DNA of 62,251 nt, the filler included, from Basidiobolus ranarum (Eukaryota), in the NCBI GenBank assembly GCA_040143965.1. It is 2 parts of 2 records of this genome, joined end to end, with 100 filler letters (N's around TTAATTAATTAA, not from the genome) between each part and the next. Parts side by side here need not be neighbours in the genome. Positions count along the whole stretch, not along the records: positions 1 to 31,109 come from JASJQH010006967.1; 1 more part is not named here. One strand, given 5' to 3'. A program made the position numbers and the translations under genes. Below the pieces are notes generated by a model. That model worked only from the letters and a program-made list of their open reading frames with translations. It was not told where the DNA came from and made no database searches. Of the stretch, positions 12,501 to 25,004 are shown in pieces (the first letter of the stretch is position 1; every line of letters starts with the position of its first letter).

Positions 12501-14651
12501 TTCCTCTTACGAAGACTGAAGAAGGATGTGGAGTCCGAGTTGCCTGATAAAGTGGAGAAGGTCATCAAGTGTAAATTCTCTGCACTTCAGTCAAAACTGT
12601 ACAATCAGATGCGCAAACATGGGATGCTCTTTACCACCGGAGGGGAGAAAGGAACAACTGGTATTAAGGGTCTGAACAACACTATCATGCAACTACGAAA
12701 GATTTGTAATCATCCATTTGTCTTTGAGGATGTCGAGCGAATTATCAATCCATCCAAGCTCACGAATGACACCCTTTTCCGAGTTTCTGGTAAATTCGAA
12801 CTTCTTGACAGAATTCTGCCAAAGTTTGCGAATACTGGGCATCGTGTACTGATGTTCTTTCAAATGACCACTGTCATGAGCATTATGGAAGATTTCCTAC
12901 TTTATCGCGGATTTACTTATTTACGTTTGGATGGTACGGTCAAAGCGGACGATAGAACCACTCTCTTGAAAAAATTCAACGCCCCTGATTCTCCATTTCA
13001 AATCTTCTTGTTGAGTACTCGTGCTGGTGGCCTTGGACTCAATCTTCAAACTGCCGATACGGTGATTATATTTGACTCGGATTGGAATCCTCATCAGGAT
13101 CTCCAGGCGCAAGATCGAGCTCATCGTATTGGACAGACCAAAGAAGTACGAATTCTTCGGTTAGTTTCGGAAGGTTCCGTTGAGGAGACCATATTAGCCC
13201 GTGCACAGTATAAACTCGACATCGATGGAAAGGTCATTCAGGCTGGTAAATTTGATAACAAGAGTACTGCCGAGGAACGAGATGCATTTTTACGCGCTTT
13301 ACTCGAGGTAGACAATGATCAAGAGAGTGATTTTGAAGATGATGATAATGATGATGATCTTAATGAACTCATCGCTAGAAACGATGAAGAACTGAGCATT
13401 TTCAAACAGATGGATTTAGAACGGCAACGAGTGGCTGAAGAGAAATGGATAAATGATGGCAGACGTGGAAGAAAACCTGAGCGTCTTATCCAAGATTATG
13501 AGCTGCCAGAGGTCTATCGTATGGAACATGATTTGAAGGAAGAGGATGACATCGAATTTATGGGGCGTGGACAACGTTTAAAGGGAGATGTGCGTTATGA
13601 CGACGGCTTGACTGAAGAGCAATGGCTTAACGCCTTGGAAAATGATAAAGTGGATGTAAATGATGCCATCCGTGATAAATCAGAGCGAAAGCGCCGCCGA
13701 GAGGAGAGAAAAGTCAAACATGAGGATTCAAACAACGAAACCGAAGATTCCAATGAGAGTAAAAGCAAGAAACGAGCACGACTAGTTAAGGAAGAGTCTA
13801 AAGAAATTGAGGAGGATATTGGGGAAGTGAAAAGATCCAAGAGCCGTAGGAGATCGGAGCATGAAATACCGGTAAATCTCCATAACTTTCATCACACCAG
13901 CCTTTGACATACTGATCTAAATGATTATTCTGTAGAGAAAGAGAAGAAGGAGCGATAGACAGGTGGAGGATTCAGCCGATTCAGAGCAAACTCGACATGA
14001 TAGCAAAAGTTTACGACGAACTATGGAGGATCTTTATACTACCGTCGAAGACTGCACCGATCCTGCAGATGGCTCACGGAAAAGATCTCTTCTATTCATG
14101 GAACTCCCTAGCAAAAAAATATACCCACAATACTATTCGATGATTTCGCAGCCTATAGCTATGAATATCATCAAGAAACGTATGCGTAGTGGATACTATT
14201 CTAACGTCCGCCAGTTTCGAGATGACTTTAACTTGATGTTCAAGAATGCCCAAACCTTCAATCAAGAAGGCTCGTGGGTCTACACGGACGCCACTATCAT
14301 GAAGGTGAGTTACAAATGTTTAACTCAACAGCCATTTTCCATATTAAAACTTTATATATTTAGGATGCGTTTGATCAAAGACTTCAGTATCTATGTCCAA
14401 ACGAAGCATCGCTTGAAAGTATAGACAGGGATAATGATAGTTGTGAAGCATCCACTCCACGCACTCACAACTCTACCGGTGATCATTCAGAGGAGCGAGC
14501 ACCCAAGTTCTCAGGCTTCAAAATCCGTATAAAGCCTCCTAAAGCCCCCGAGGGGTACACGGAGACCAAAAAACGGAAAAAAGAAAAAAATCACCGAGAA
14601 GTGTTCAGTGGTAGCTCAGAAGAGTCAGATATTGGAATTTTGGAAGATTGA
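9575..14651 (+). CDS. SNF2/STH1 (snf21-type) chromatin-remodelling ATPase with polyQ, QLQ, HSA, helicase, SnAC and bromodomain
   Basis: ATG at 9575. Q-rich exon, QLQ (EQLSALKYQVYAFRLLSKNLPL), GILADEMGLGKT, DEGH, LSTRAGGLGLNL, QAQDRAHRIGQ, then a bromodomain exon. Last exon runs 14364-14651 (TGA). Confidence 0.95.
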
Positions 14652-14878
14652 AGAATGTTACTTATTTCGTCCCAGTGACAGTGATCGCAGCCCTAACCCT
14701 AAAGTATTTCAGATGGAATCAACTATAGATCATTTCTTATTTCCTTAACTTGTTGAGAGCTCCATGTAAAATCAGTACTGTATAATTACTTAATTCCTTT
14801 CTTTGTACAGCGAAATATAAGGTTCTGTAGAATTGGTCGATTCATGTGTTCGACTAATACAATGTGAAGTGTAGATAG

Positions 14879-14912
14879 GATACGCTTTACGATACGCTTT
14901 ACGATACGCTTA
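14879..14912. repeat. Short 12-bp tandem repeat (GATACGCTTTAC)x~2.8
   Basis: gatacgctttac gatacgctttac gatacgctta between convergent 3' ends. A further partial copy lies at about 14969. Confidence 0.7.
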
Positions 14913-15083
14913 GCATGGTGTCAAAATTTACTTCGAAATAAAGCTTGAAATGCCAGTGGATTTGTGATATACGCTTTACTATACAAGTTACTACAACTAC
15001 TGAATGAATGGAAATAAATGATGGCATGAGTGAGGTTTTGACTCATGAAATAGGCATACAATGCAACCAACAACAGAGCATAT

Positions 15084-16569
15084 TTAATGACCAAGTTCCT
15101 TTACGCGCATCTTATGTGCTTTAGGTCTCATCTCAGCCCACCACTCAGGAACCTGGGGAACAGCGCCGTTAGTATATTCACTAATTCTGTTGCAGTAATC
15201 GACTTCTCGGGTGCGGAATACGTGGAATTTCTTTCCTTTCCATTCAGAGGACTCTTGCTGATAGCTACACAGCATTTCCTCTGCAGAAGGTAAGCTCACC
15301 TTGCCTGATAATACCTTGGAAATAAGAGTGGCTTGATATTGAAACAATGGGAAAGGTGCAACCTTATTAGGAAGACCAACGAAAGAAAGAGTAGGATTTG
15401 GAATGTAAAAGATCTGTTCGTAAATGTTATGTACTTTGAATCCATTGGTTAAGATCTTCTCTTTCTTGATGAACTCCTCATCATCCGTGCAGAGTTGACT
15501 AATGAATGGAAAAGAATAAAGGTATCCAGTGGCAAAGATGATATGGTCCGGAATGCGGTCAAGCTTAGTGCCATCATCGAAATGAATCGTATCATTTTCA
15601 GCATCAAATTGGACTACTTTGGTCACTGTTCTTATTTTACTGGGATTGACTCCACTACCCTCACTGGTATCTACTGGTCGTCCCTTTTCAGTTACTGACT
15701 GATACACTTTATCTGCATGAAAAGTGATTTCTCGTGCAATTTCCAAACCAGAATATCCACCACCAATCACTAGAACTGACTAAACAAGAGCAACCATGAA
15801 TAAAGCGCAAGTCTTCATGTTCCAAAATAAACCACTCACTTGATCTACATAGCCTTGCGGTTTCTTGTATTGTCGTGAATGGCTCACTCGGTCAGGATTT
15901 GCTTTTACAAATTCCTTTAAACCAGGAACATCTGGTACATAAGGAACGGTGTAATGTCCATTGCAGACTATCACTGCGTCAAAGTATTCACATGTCGTTT
16001 CTTCTCCTTGTTGTACATATACACATTTCCATTTATCCTGGTCCCAGTAAACATCCAAGACTTTGGTGTTAAACTTGATGGATGGTAAAATACCCTGATT
16101 CTCGGCAAATTCTCTCAAATATTTCAAAACTGTGCTATGGTCGGGGAATAATGGAGTTCCTTCCGGGAAAGGGAACCCTTGAAAGCACATAACTGGTGCA
16201 GGAATATTAGTTTGAAGTGATTCGTAAATACTTCCTTTATCCAAAAATTGGGAATTTTCACCAAGTGGAAGTGTGCTAGGCAAGTGTACGGTGGAATTTT
16301 TAGTATCTTCATATTGCCTATAGGATAATAGATTTCAAGGAGAAAAACCTTTGTAAGAAAGATACTCTTTGTATATATATAAAAATGAAATATATGTATG
16401 CACTCATGTGTACAATGTTTAAACTCTCCTACCATGTACCGCCTACTCCAGAAGTTTGCTCAAACACAGTCATCTCCCACGAAGTACTTTCTTGGTTTAA
16501 AGTGTGAGCCGTGGCTAAACCAGCAGCACCAGCGCCGAGGACTGCAATCCGTTTTATGGGATTCTTCAT
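15084..16569 (-). CDS. FMO1: Flavin-containing monooxygenase (Fmo1/FMO GS-OX-like), spliced
   Basis: ATG at 16569 gives MKNPIKRIAVLGAGAAGL...FEQTSGVGGTW (FAD site). Also YESLQTNIP, VCNGHY, HSRQY, IGGGYSG (NADPH site) and FATGY. Confidence 0.9.
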
Positions 16570-17141
16570 TTCGCTCTTAATAGTCATTCTAGTATTAACT
16601 CAAAGTATGTGGAGAAATAGATAGAAAAATGTAGAATCATGTGTTCGTTGAGGTATTTATATACTCCTCTTAATCCATCGAAAGCGTCGCCCAACATATA
16701 TATAAGGAAACATTCAATTACTGGTGTTATAACTTCTACCCATGGGTGGGAACATCTACAAAGATCAATGTCATGGATAAACGAGATCTTGGAAATTTTA
16801 CATAAAATAGTCAATGAAAGATATGGAAGTCACATAACTATCACAGTTGGCTTCGGGACCAATGAACAATTTCCAAATTTTATTCTAGTGCCAGAGATCA
16901 TCACAAGCTACAATAAGTTAGAATTGTTGATTTTGGAACGCATAATGCTGAATTTATTATACTGCCCGCCCAATCCCCTTTAACCACATTTGAACGAACC
17001 TCACAGACACTTCTGGTTTCATGGTTGGCAAATGTATTTATAAATAAATATGTCCAGGAGGTACCTTTTGACTTCTACAATATATCCTCTCGTTCACCCC
17101 GTCTTCAAATCTGCTATCATCTATCAGAATATCCAACTACC

Positions 17142-18179
17142 ATGTCTTCCTCGCATTACTTGATTCAAATATTACCAGGATTGGAGGACATGGTGGCATT
17201 CGACAGTAGCCTTTTCTTCAAAGCCTCTACCACCGATTCTCATACCTACAATAGCGTTAAATCCAACTCCGATTCCAATTCTTTACCTTCCACACCCCCT
17301 TCCTACCCGCATTTAGAATCTTACTTCCCTGGTCACTCACCCTGCATTGAGGATGCTTCTTCAAATACTCTCACAGTTCAATCGAAATCCAATCCTACGG
17401 ATAGTCTGAGTGCAGTCACTACAAATCAAGTGAAGCTTGATATCAATTCAAATTCTCCCACTTTCTCCATTTTCGATCCAAAGCCCAAAAGTAAAGCTGG
17501 ACGTAAACGGAAAAGTGAAGTAGTTGATCAAGATGTTAGAGCCAAAGAAAGGTGATTTCTGAAGTATCTAGTCCACGAATATCTACTAACTGTTTCAAAA
17601 TCTATTAGAGTTATTCGTAATAGAGTGGCTGCTCAAGAGTCTAGAAATCGTCAAAGACTCTACGTAACCGAGTTGGAGCAGAAAAATCAATTACTAGGTG
17701 CGGAGAATAAGATATTGGAAAGTAGGCTGAGTACAGTGGAACAAGAAAAGTTATACCTGTCGAAGGCATTGGAGGCAATGACAGTCCAGCTTGTTATGTC
17801 CCAAACCCAAGCACAAATACAAATGGCTGAGATGACAAACTTCCTTTTTGACGGCTTTGGCGAGTCAGCAGTACTCACCAAGTTAGAATACGATAAAGGT
17901 ATTCATAATTCTCTGCAGCGGAAGCCGTCAACATATCTAAGGAACCTTCACGAGATGACTTCAACGAACTTCAATCATCCCAATATTGGGATACTTTGGT
18001 GGATCCTAATTTGGATTTTCTGCTATGGCCTCCAAGTCAATCCCAAACTTAATGAAGTCATCGATATCTCACCCTTAATGGAGATTTCTCGCAAAATACT
18101 TCAAGAACCTGTGAAGGAACTACATGAAGATCAGAGCTCCTCTCTATCTTTACCTAATCTATCTCTATGGCCAACTTGA
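17142..18179 (+). CDS. HAC1: Hac1/XBP1-type bZIP UPR transcription factor (unspliced form ends 18179; Ire1-spliced form ends 18052)
   Basis: A spliceosomal intron at 17552-17608 (GTGATT...TACTAAC...TAG) joins GRKRK...AKER to VIRNRVAAQESRNRQRLYVTELE and a leucine zipper, matching the Hac1/XBP1 basic region. An Ire1 splice structure follows. Confidence 0.9.
17848..17931 (+). other. Ire1-cleaved non-canonical intron structure (intron 17869-17915, 47 nt)
   Basis: Hairpin 1 is TTGGCGAGT-[CAG/CAGT]-ACTCACCAA. Hairpin 2 is TTCT-[CTG/CAGC]-GGAA. The closing stem is TTGACGGC/GCCGTCAA. 47 mod 3 = 2. Confidence 0.88.
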
Positions 18180-18927
18180 GTAGTGTATTCCATTGTATTT
18201 TTACTTCCCTTTATTGTTGTATTTCTATTTCGTTATTATCGAAAACTCGTTTATTGATCGACAATAAATCATCGAAATCACCCCTATTCATTGTATTTTT
18301 ATTTATTTCCAATGGTTAAGAGAATATCTTTCCTAGTTTCTCTAAATCAGGAACAGTCATGGCGAAGTATGTGGATATGAGGGTATAGATTTAGGCAATA
18401 CGGGTGCGGTCACACGAGCATGGTATCACAGATCATAGAGATCTCCAAGAGGCACGTGTAACGGTGGAACATGTAATGTGCACAGTAATTGACGTAATCA
18501 AAACTGAGCGATCCAGTAGTTGGATGTTGGCATTTGTTGAATAGGAAATCTTGGAAGAGTTTAGCGCAGATAATCTATGGTCTAACATGGATTTGGATAA
18601 TTTAGAAGATAATTGTAAGAGTTTGCTAGAGAACCAACAGCATATTGAAGCGAATGTCATTTGGCTACCAATTTCAATTCTCCTTAAACCTTTTGTGTGT
18701 CATCTTGGAGGGGCCCGAACCACGCAAATGATACGGAAAGGGACATGGCCATCGTATCTACTCGCAAGTGTGTGATAGGTATCTCGTGGGTACACACAAT
18801 GTTTCTTTTTGTAAGACTATTCATCCAAATCCTCATATAAATATCAAACAGGTGGCTGCAATCCTTAATGAATATTGTCCCTTCTTAGCTCTCTTCCATC
18901 CACCCTACCACTCCATATACCCTAATC

Positions 18928-19939
18928 ATGTTTACCTTGCCTACAGTTCACATTCAACTTGATCAAGATATAGTAGTTGCTCGAGGCTCTGCTACTGAAT
19001 CACAAGGATATTTTCTTAAAGGAGTCGTCAATTTGGAGCTTCATGAGCCTACGCGTATCAAGGATGTAACACTGGAATTGGTTGGTACAGTGAGCTTGTT
19101 CAGTACGAATAAAGGTAAAGATCCTGTGGATATCCAATGATTATTTTATACCTTACTTATGCCAATATATCATAGGTTGGTTGCACAAGGTGCTTGTAAA
19201 GCAAAAGTGGTCTTTGCTAGAAGGGCCAAAGGATGTAAAAGCGCGGGACGCTGATACTTATCCACATCCATTCAATATATTCCTTCCTGGTAGCTTGCCG
19301 GAAAGTGTAAACTTAGAGATGGGGAGTATTTCATACGTTTTGAATGTTCAAGTCAAAAAAGCTGCTTTTACAAGAGACGTAAATGTCAGTAAATCGGTGA
19401 CGCTACGCAGGGATTCCTTGATGAACAATGAAACTCTAGCCTCTCAAACTGAATTTGAATCCTCTCTTCAACATCTGATTCACTTTCCCGTCAAAAGTAT
19501 TCTTCAAGGGGAGTCGATTCCATTCCAAGTCGTACTAGATCACTTGATCAAACGCTCTATTGATACGGTGATGATATCTGTTCTGGAGAATGTCAAGTAT
19601 CGAAGTAGTGTCTCATCATCATATCAAACGGTTAAACAGATAGCGCAGTTCCAATTCAAGATTCAACCTGACGATTCATCCCTGGAAAAGCATCTAGTCT
19701 TGGACCTGAGCCATTGCCCTGTACGATTCAGCTGTAATACCACATACATTAAAGTCGAGCATGAATTAAATATTCAATTCAACGACTTGCAAAAGAATAT
19801 CAGCATTCCTATCTGGTTTGCTCCGAAAGAGCTTGGAACTGCTCACGATGAATTGCCTCCGTATTCGGAGATTCTTCCCGGTGATTTACCCTCCTATGAC
19901 TTAATCTCACAACTTCCCTTGCAAACGGCTGTGGCTTGA
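18928..19939 (+). CDS. Alpha-arrestin (arrestin N/C domains, PY motifs)
   Basis: LKGVVNLELHEPTRIKDVTLELVG, YPHPFNIFLPGSLPESV, GSISYVL and IKVEHEL, with C-terminal LPPY and LPSY motifs. Intron 19115-19175. Confidence 0.85.
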
Positions 19940-21446
19940 TGGTCCTTTTTTACTTTGCACTCTTCACCTTGGTTTTAGCTCTGATACTATTGTAATCTAC
20001 CCGGCTATATCCGGAACAGCTCTTTATCTTAGAATTGGCTAATCTAATTGACTCAATCCTATACTAAACCACTGATTAAAGAGTTTAGCCCCTTGCACCT
20101 GGTTCTTACTTGAGCCGATGCTTTGAAGCGATACTGCTCTAGAGCTACGGGTGCTTAATGCTACAGGTGATGATTAAATACGATGTGGATAATAGAATTG
20201 AGTGGTATTGAATTATAGCGTGGTGTTGAATGATAGTATGTGTGGATAGTGGCTCTCAGTTCTTGTAGATCACCATGGAAAGATAAACATCGAAGTTACT
20301 TGTTGATCTACATCAATATGTCTTAGGGATAAATATACAATTTATGTGAACTGATTTATGATGCATCATTGAATGGTAAAGATCCTACCCTAAGATAGGG
20401 TTGACGGATTAATGGGTGGATGGGTGGATAATTAGTAAGGTATCCGAGGAGGGTATCCGACTAAATTTACGAATGCATCTATTCAGTTCGGGTATTTTGT
20501 TAGTCCCATCATGGATGTAAGGCTGACACCCAGTGATCATTTGCTGCATTGGGTCACGATCAGTAGGGCTGCTGTAATTGGCTATGTTAGATATCAATAA
20601 CTTTATCTGTATCATAATGGACAGTAAATCAGATTCATCTCTTCAAGCTATGTAACGCAGCTAGATAAATGAAATGTTTATAAAGCGATGCTTACATTAA
20701 CATTAAGTCTATATCTTTCCTGTGTGTGCTTTCTGCATAACTCCACTTTGACAAACTATTGTTAACAATTACTGTTGGGGTTTCATTTATCATCCATTTG
20801 TTTCGTCCTACCATTTCCATTTCCACTTGTTCCTTTTCTTCCACTCAGTTCATAGGTTTGTCGCGTTGTTCTAAAACTTACTCCATTTAATTCTCTCCTT
20901 TTATCCCTTGTAAGCCATACTCATCACCTATCTGATGCAACTTTAACCCTTTAAAACTCAACCTCCTTTGGAATTCTCTTTCTCAACTGATTCTGAACGT
21001 TGTTCTATTAGAGATTGTTCAACCTTTAACCGGCCACGTCAAAGTACCTTCTCCAACCTGTACATTTCTACTTGGTTACTTCGACAAAGCCAGTATAATA
21101 TTCGACCCGCTAGATTGTATAATATTATTAGTCAACTTATAATATGTGGGTAAGAGCTAGCTTGGTTGGTTCCAGTATTGGTCGAAAGAATTTGGAAACT
21201 TCAACCAACTTTACACTTCAATCCACCGAATCCCAACGTAATAATAAGTCCACTTCTCTATATCGTATCATCACCAGACATTTTCCGCATTATAAAGGTA
21301 GTTTATAACTTCCATAGTTTGTCTTGTATCGTACGCTTGGTTGCTTAGTTTTGTTTTTTGCAAATGTTCCAGTTGCCGAGGGTGACGACTATGAAGAGAT
21401 ACGTGAGAATTTTAGTTACCTTAACGAAGTGCTCATATTGTCTATG

Positions 21447-22868
21447 GATGGAAAAAAATCATCGAAAAATATCGCGAAATGGTGGAAAATTTGGTATGAA
21501 GAAAATGGTGGTGTAAGTGTTTCACATAGAAGTGTGGGTTGAAAAAATGTGGTAATTGATGTTCAATTTCAGTCCATTCTAGTTAACGAGGAGCATCGAG
21601 ATTCTTACTTACGTGATGATACTAGTGGGGATGAATCTTCAGAGCTTTCTCAAAGCTCCATTCCTTTTGAAACTATACTGGACCCTGCTACTACTTATTT
21701 TGTTCAGGAACCTATCTCCATTTGCTATCCTGATGACACTTGCCCTATCGATAATGTTCACATATTACAGCAGCCAAATACAATCGCAACTATTAATCTT
21801 AAAGAGCATTCGACATTGGATACTGTCAGCCTAATCCCCACCATAGATCCACAAATTTTGACAAAAGCTCTCGATCAAGTAGACCAAACGCACCACATAT
21901 CGGGTCCTATAAATTTGGATTTCGAGTCAGAAATCAACAAACATGATGAGCCCTCTTTGGAGTCTAACCAAACTGAGACTTGGTGGTCTTCTCAAGGGTT
22001 GGGAGTAATGGGGAATTGGTTCGACAGTCCAGCCGTAACGAAAAAGAACAATCAAGATATTGGTATTTGGGAGATTCCGATTCAATTGATTGCACTCTTG
22101 ACGTATCCAGTCACAGAGAGTACGATTGCAAAGAAACCGACCTATGCTGGTTAGTTAGCATGACTGATTCACCGCACGCCATATGTTCTATTAATCACTC
22201 TCACATCTAGAACTTCGAGAGATCTCACAAGTATCTCAACGACGTAAAATTCTCTTGTTCTTGACTTGTTATGGGTTGATTATTCGATACGCTTCGTTAG
22301 ATTTGTTTCTTCTGCTACTTTTCATGTCTAATTGTGGTATATTATTCCTTATGAAAAACTCGGCCAAAGTAAATATGCAAATGGCTAAAAGGTAATTGCT
22401 TGTTACTCTCTAATTGGAAATGGTTTTAACGCGAACATCTTTACTTTCAGGACCGTTCGTCAACGTATAAATTGGGCTAAGCAATGGGCAGGTGGTTTCT
22501 TTCGTAAAAATACTTCAAGCAATTCTTCTCCCTCACGCCCATCCAGCATCGTAATATCTTCTGGAAAGCAAACGCCAAGTTCTTCACCAGGCGAAAGTCC
22601 CAAAACCAATCAATCGATTACATATCCTCCAGCAAAGCCACAAAAGCGATTTTTTTTAAAAGGCAAAAATCACACCATTTTGGATATGAGTAATCCTTGT
22701 TCGATTCCGGAAAATGGTTCTTCACAAACTATAGTAAAGCAGAGACGTAGATTTTTTAGTAAATCCAAAGACAAGCCTCCAAATCTACCACCAGTGGTCG
22801 AGACATCCGATATAGAGCCGGTTGATCCTAGATCATCTACGAATCAAGCATCTCCCAGTCGATTGTAA
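21447..22868 (+). CDS. Uncharacterised fungal membrane protein (hydrophobic hairpin plus S/P/K-rich tail), multi-exon
   Basis: In-frame splicing at introns 21513-21572, about 22151-22210 and about 22392-22450 gives MDGKKSSKNIAKWWKIWYEENGGSILV...GIWEIPIQLIALLTYP...RRKILLFLTCYGLIIRYASLDLFLLLLFMSNCGILFLMKNS...WAKQWAGGFFRK. The start codon is uncertain. Confidence 0.65.
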
Positions 22869-23262
22869 TCTCCAGACTAGTTCCTTCTCAATTTAGTTCT
22901 TCTGTATCTTTACTATCAAGCCCATTCTCTAGTAAGTCACATGCTGTAAAAGCACATGTAACGATGGCAGTTTGGCCACCTGAGCGTAGAGAATCTTAGG
23001 TAAACTAGTTTGAAGTGAAAATGAGGAATACAAGTTGTATATTTGTGTTGCATGTTCGCATTGTATATGGGTTCTTCTAAAAATAATTCGTTACACGGAT
23101 TCCACTGTTTCATAATTAAATCCTAAATCGTAAATCCATATCTTGATGAACGCTTTACTGGTTTATTCGAATTTAGAATAGCCGAATATGTTATTTATCA
23201 CTTATGTTGTGATCAGTTCAAAAATTGCATTCGTTCTCTACAAAAATATTTAGTTGTGTGCA

Positions 23263-24798
23263 CTAGTCCGACTCTATTCGAACACTTCGCAGGTCTTCTT
23301 TTTCAATGTCGGTTGGTAAATGCCTGTATATCTTCAAGTACCATACTGGCACACCAGCTAATATGATCCCTAGAGCAATCGCACCAACCCATAGATCCGG
23401 AATATAAGGGCTATTTGCTGATAATGGCACAACGAAAGGAATAACAAGTAAAATACATACAAGAAAGAAGAAGACGATAGCGATAGACCATACTCGGAAT
23501 GGTCGAGGAGCCTTTGGTTGTCGCACTCGTAAACACATGAGTCCAAATATAGCAACTCCATAGAATATCCATGTTGGAAATCGTAAAATTCCCACCACGA
23601 CATCAAATGCCTGCTCACTGGGAGGTGCGAATATGTAGATACTGGTAATCCCCCAGTTTAATAGAAGCGCATTAACTGGGGTTTGTAGTTTAGGGTGTAG
23701 CTTAAGAAAGGCTTCCTTGAATGGTATATAACCAGCCTCAGCAGCACTTAAAATTATCCTGGTTACGCTATACGTTACTGCACTTACTGAACCGTACAAT
23801 CCCAAACCCAAGAAAATCGGAAGGACTCGACTACCAAAAGTCTCGCCAAATATGATACGAGTATAAATGGCGCTGATAATATCGTTGGAATGGATCGCTA
23901 CTTCGTACGGAATCACAGTGAAGTAAGCAATGTTGGTCAGGATGTACAAAACAGACGTCACAATAACACCGGCTATACCCGCTCGCGGGAGTATTTTCCT
24001 GGCATTATTAATATCCCCCACACTAAATGTCAATATACCCCATCCATCGAATGACCAGAGGATTCTGTACAAAGATGAAATATAATTCCCAAATTGTGGT
24101 GAGGTATTCTTGAAAGGCTCCGACCAAATTTGAGTCTTGGGAACGTCGATAAGTCCGATGAACACGAAAAATCCACAACAACAAAAAATAGTCAAGAGAA
24201 GTAATTTCATCATACCAATAGCAATATGTATCCTTATGGCCAGTTTGATCCGAATCCCGTAAGTTAAAGTGACCAGGGAAATGGCAAGAAATGCAATTAT
24301 ACGACGGATCCACTCTGCCCATGTAATGCCCAAAAATCGGTCTTTACTCTCTTGGGAACCAAGTATTGCATAAAGTATGAATTCTGCAGAGACGGTGGAG
24401 TTAGCAGCAGCAGCTCCGGGTCGAATACATCTAGGAAAAGTCAATAACGAGTTTCTATGTTTTCTGAGTAAACCACGAAATACTCACAATATCATAGTCC
24501 AACAAAATAAGAATGGGATCAGCTGTTTTGTCCATTTGTACACAGAATCCAGGTAGGCTCGTTCCCCACCAGACCTTGGGATCATTGTCCCTAGCTCGAT
24601 ATATGATAGTGAGCCACAGAGTGATACTAGAGAGCCGATAAACCATAAAATTATGGCAGTTCCGGGTGCGCCGACCATGGCTAATATTTGTCCAGGTGAA
24701 GAAAATATGCCTGAGCCAATCATCTGGCTAACGATCATCATAAAGCCTTCAAAGGCTGACAACACGGGAATCCTTTCGATGACTGAAGGGCCTTCCAT
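23263..24798 (-). CDS. APC/LAT-family amino acid permease, MUP1-like (methionine permease)
   Basis: MIGSGIFSSPG, SYIELGTMIPRSGGERAYL, WSFDGW and PRPFRVW, with about 12 hydrophobic segments and one short intron near 24450-24490. Confidence 0.85.
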
Positions 24799-25004
24799 TT
24801 GTCAGCATCTAGTCTTGTTTGGAAATCGGTAAGGGCCCAAAGCAGTCTAGTTATATAATTTATAGCATCTCTCATGATGAAACGATTTCCTTTGAGTGAG
24901 GGGTTTCTATACTCTGATTAGGGGCTTCGATGAGATAAAGGTACGGATTTTGTTCCAGGGACTTGAAAATGATAGTGTTCTTTGGTTTAGGGAGATTCCG
25001 ACTA

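Noticed and set aside
18120-18179. XBP1u-like ribosome arrest peptide at the end of unspliced Hac1
   Set aside because: LSLWPT shares too little with the XBP1u arrest sequence to claim homology.
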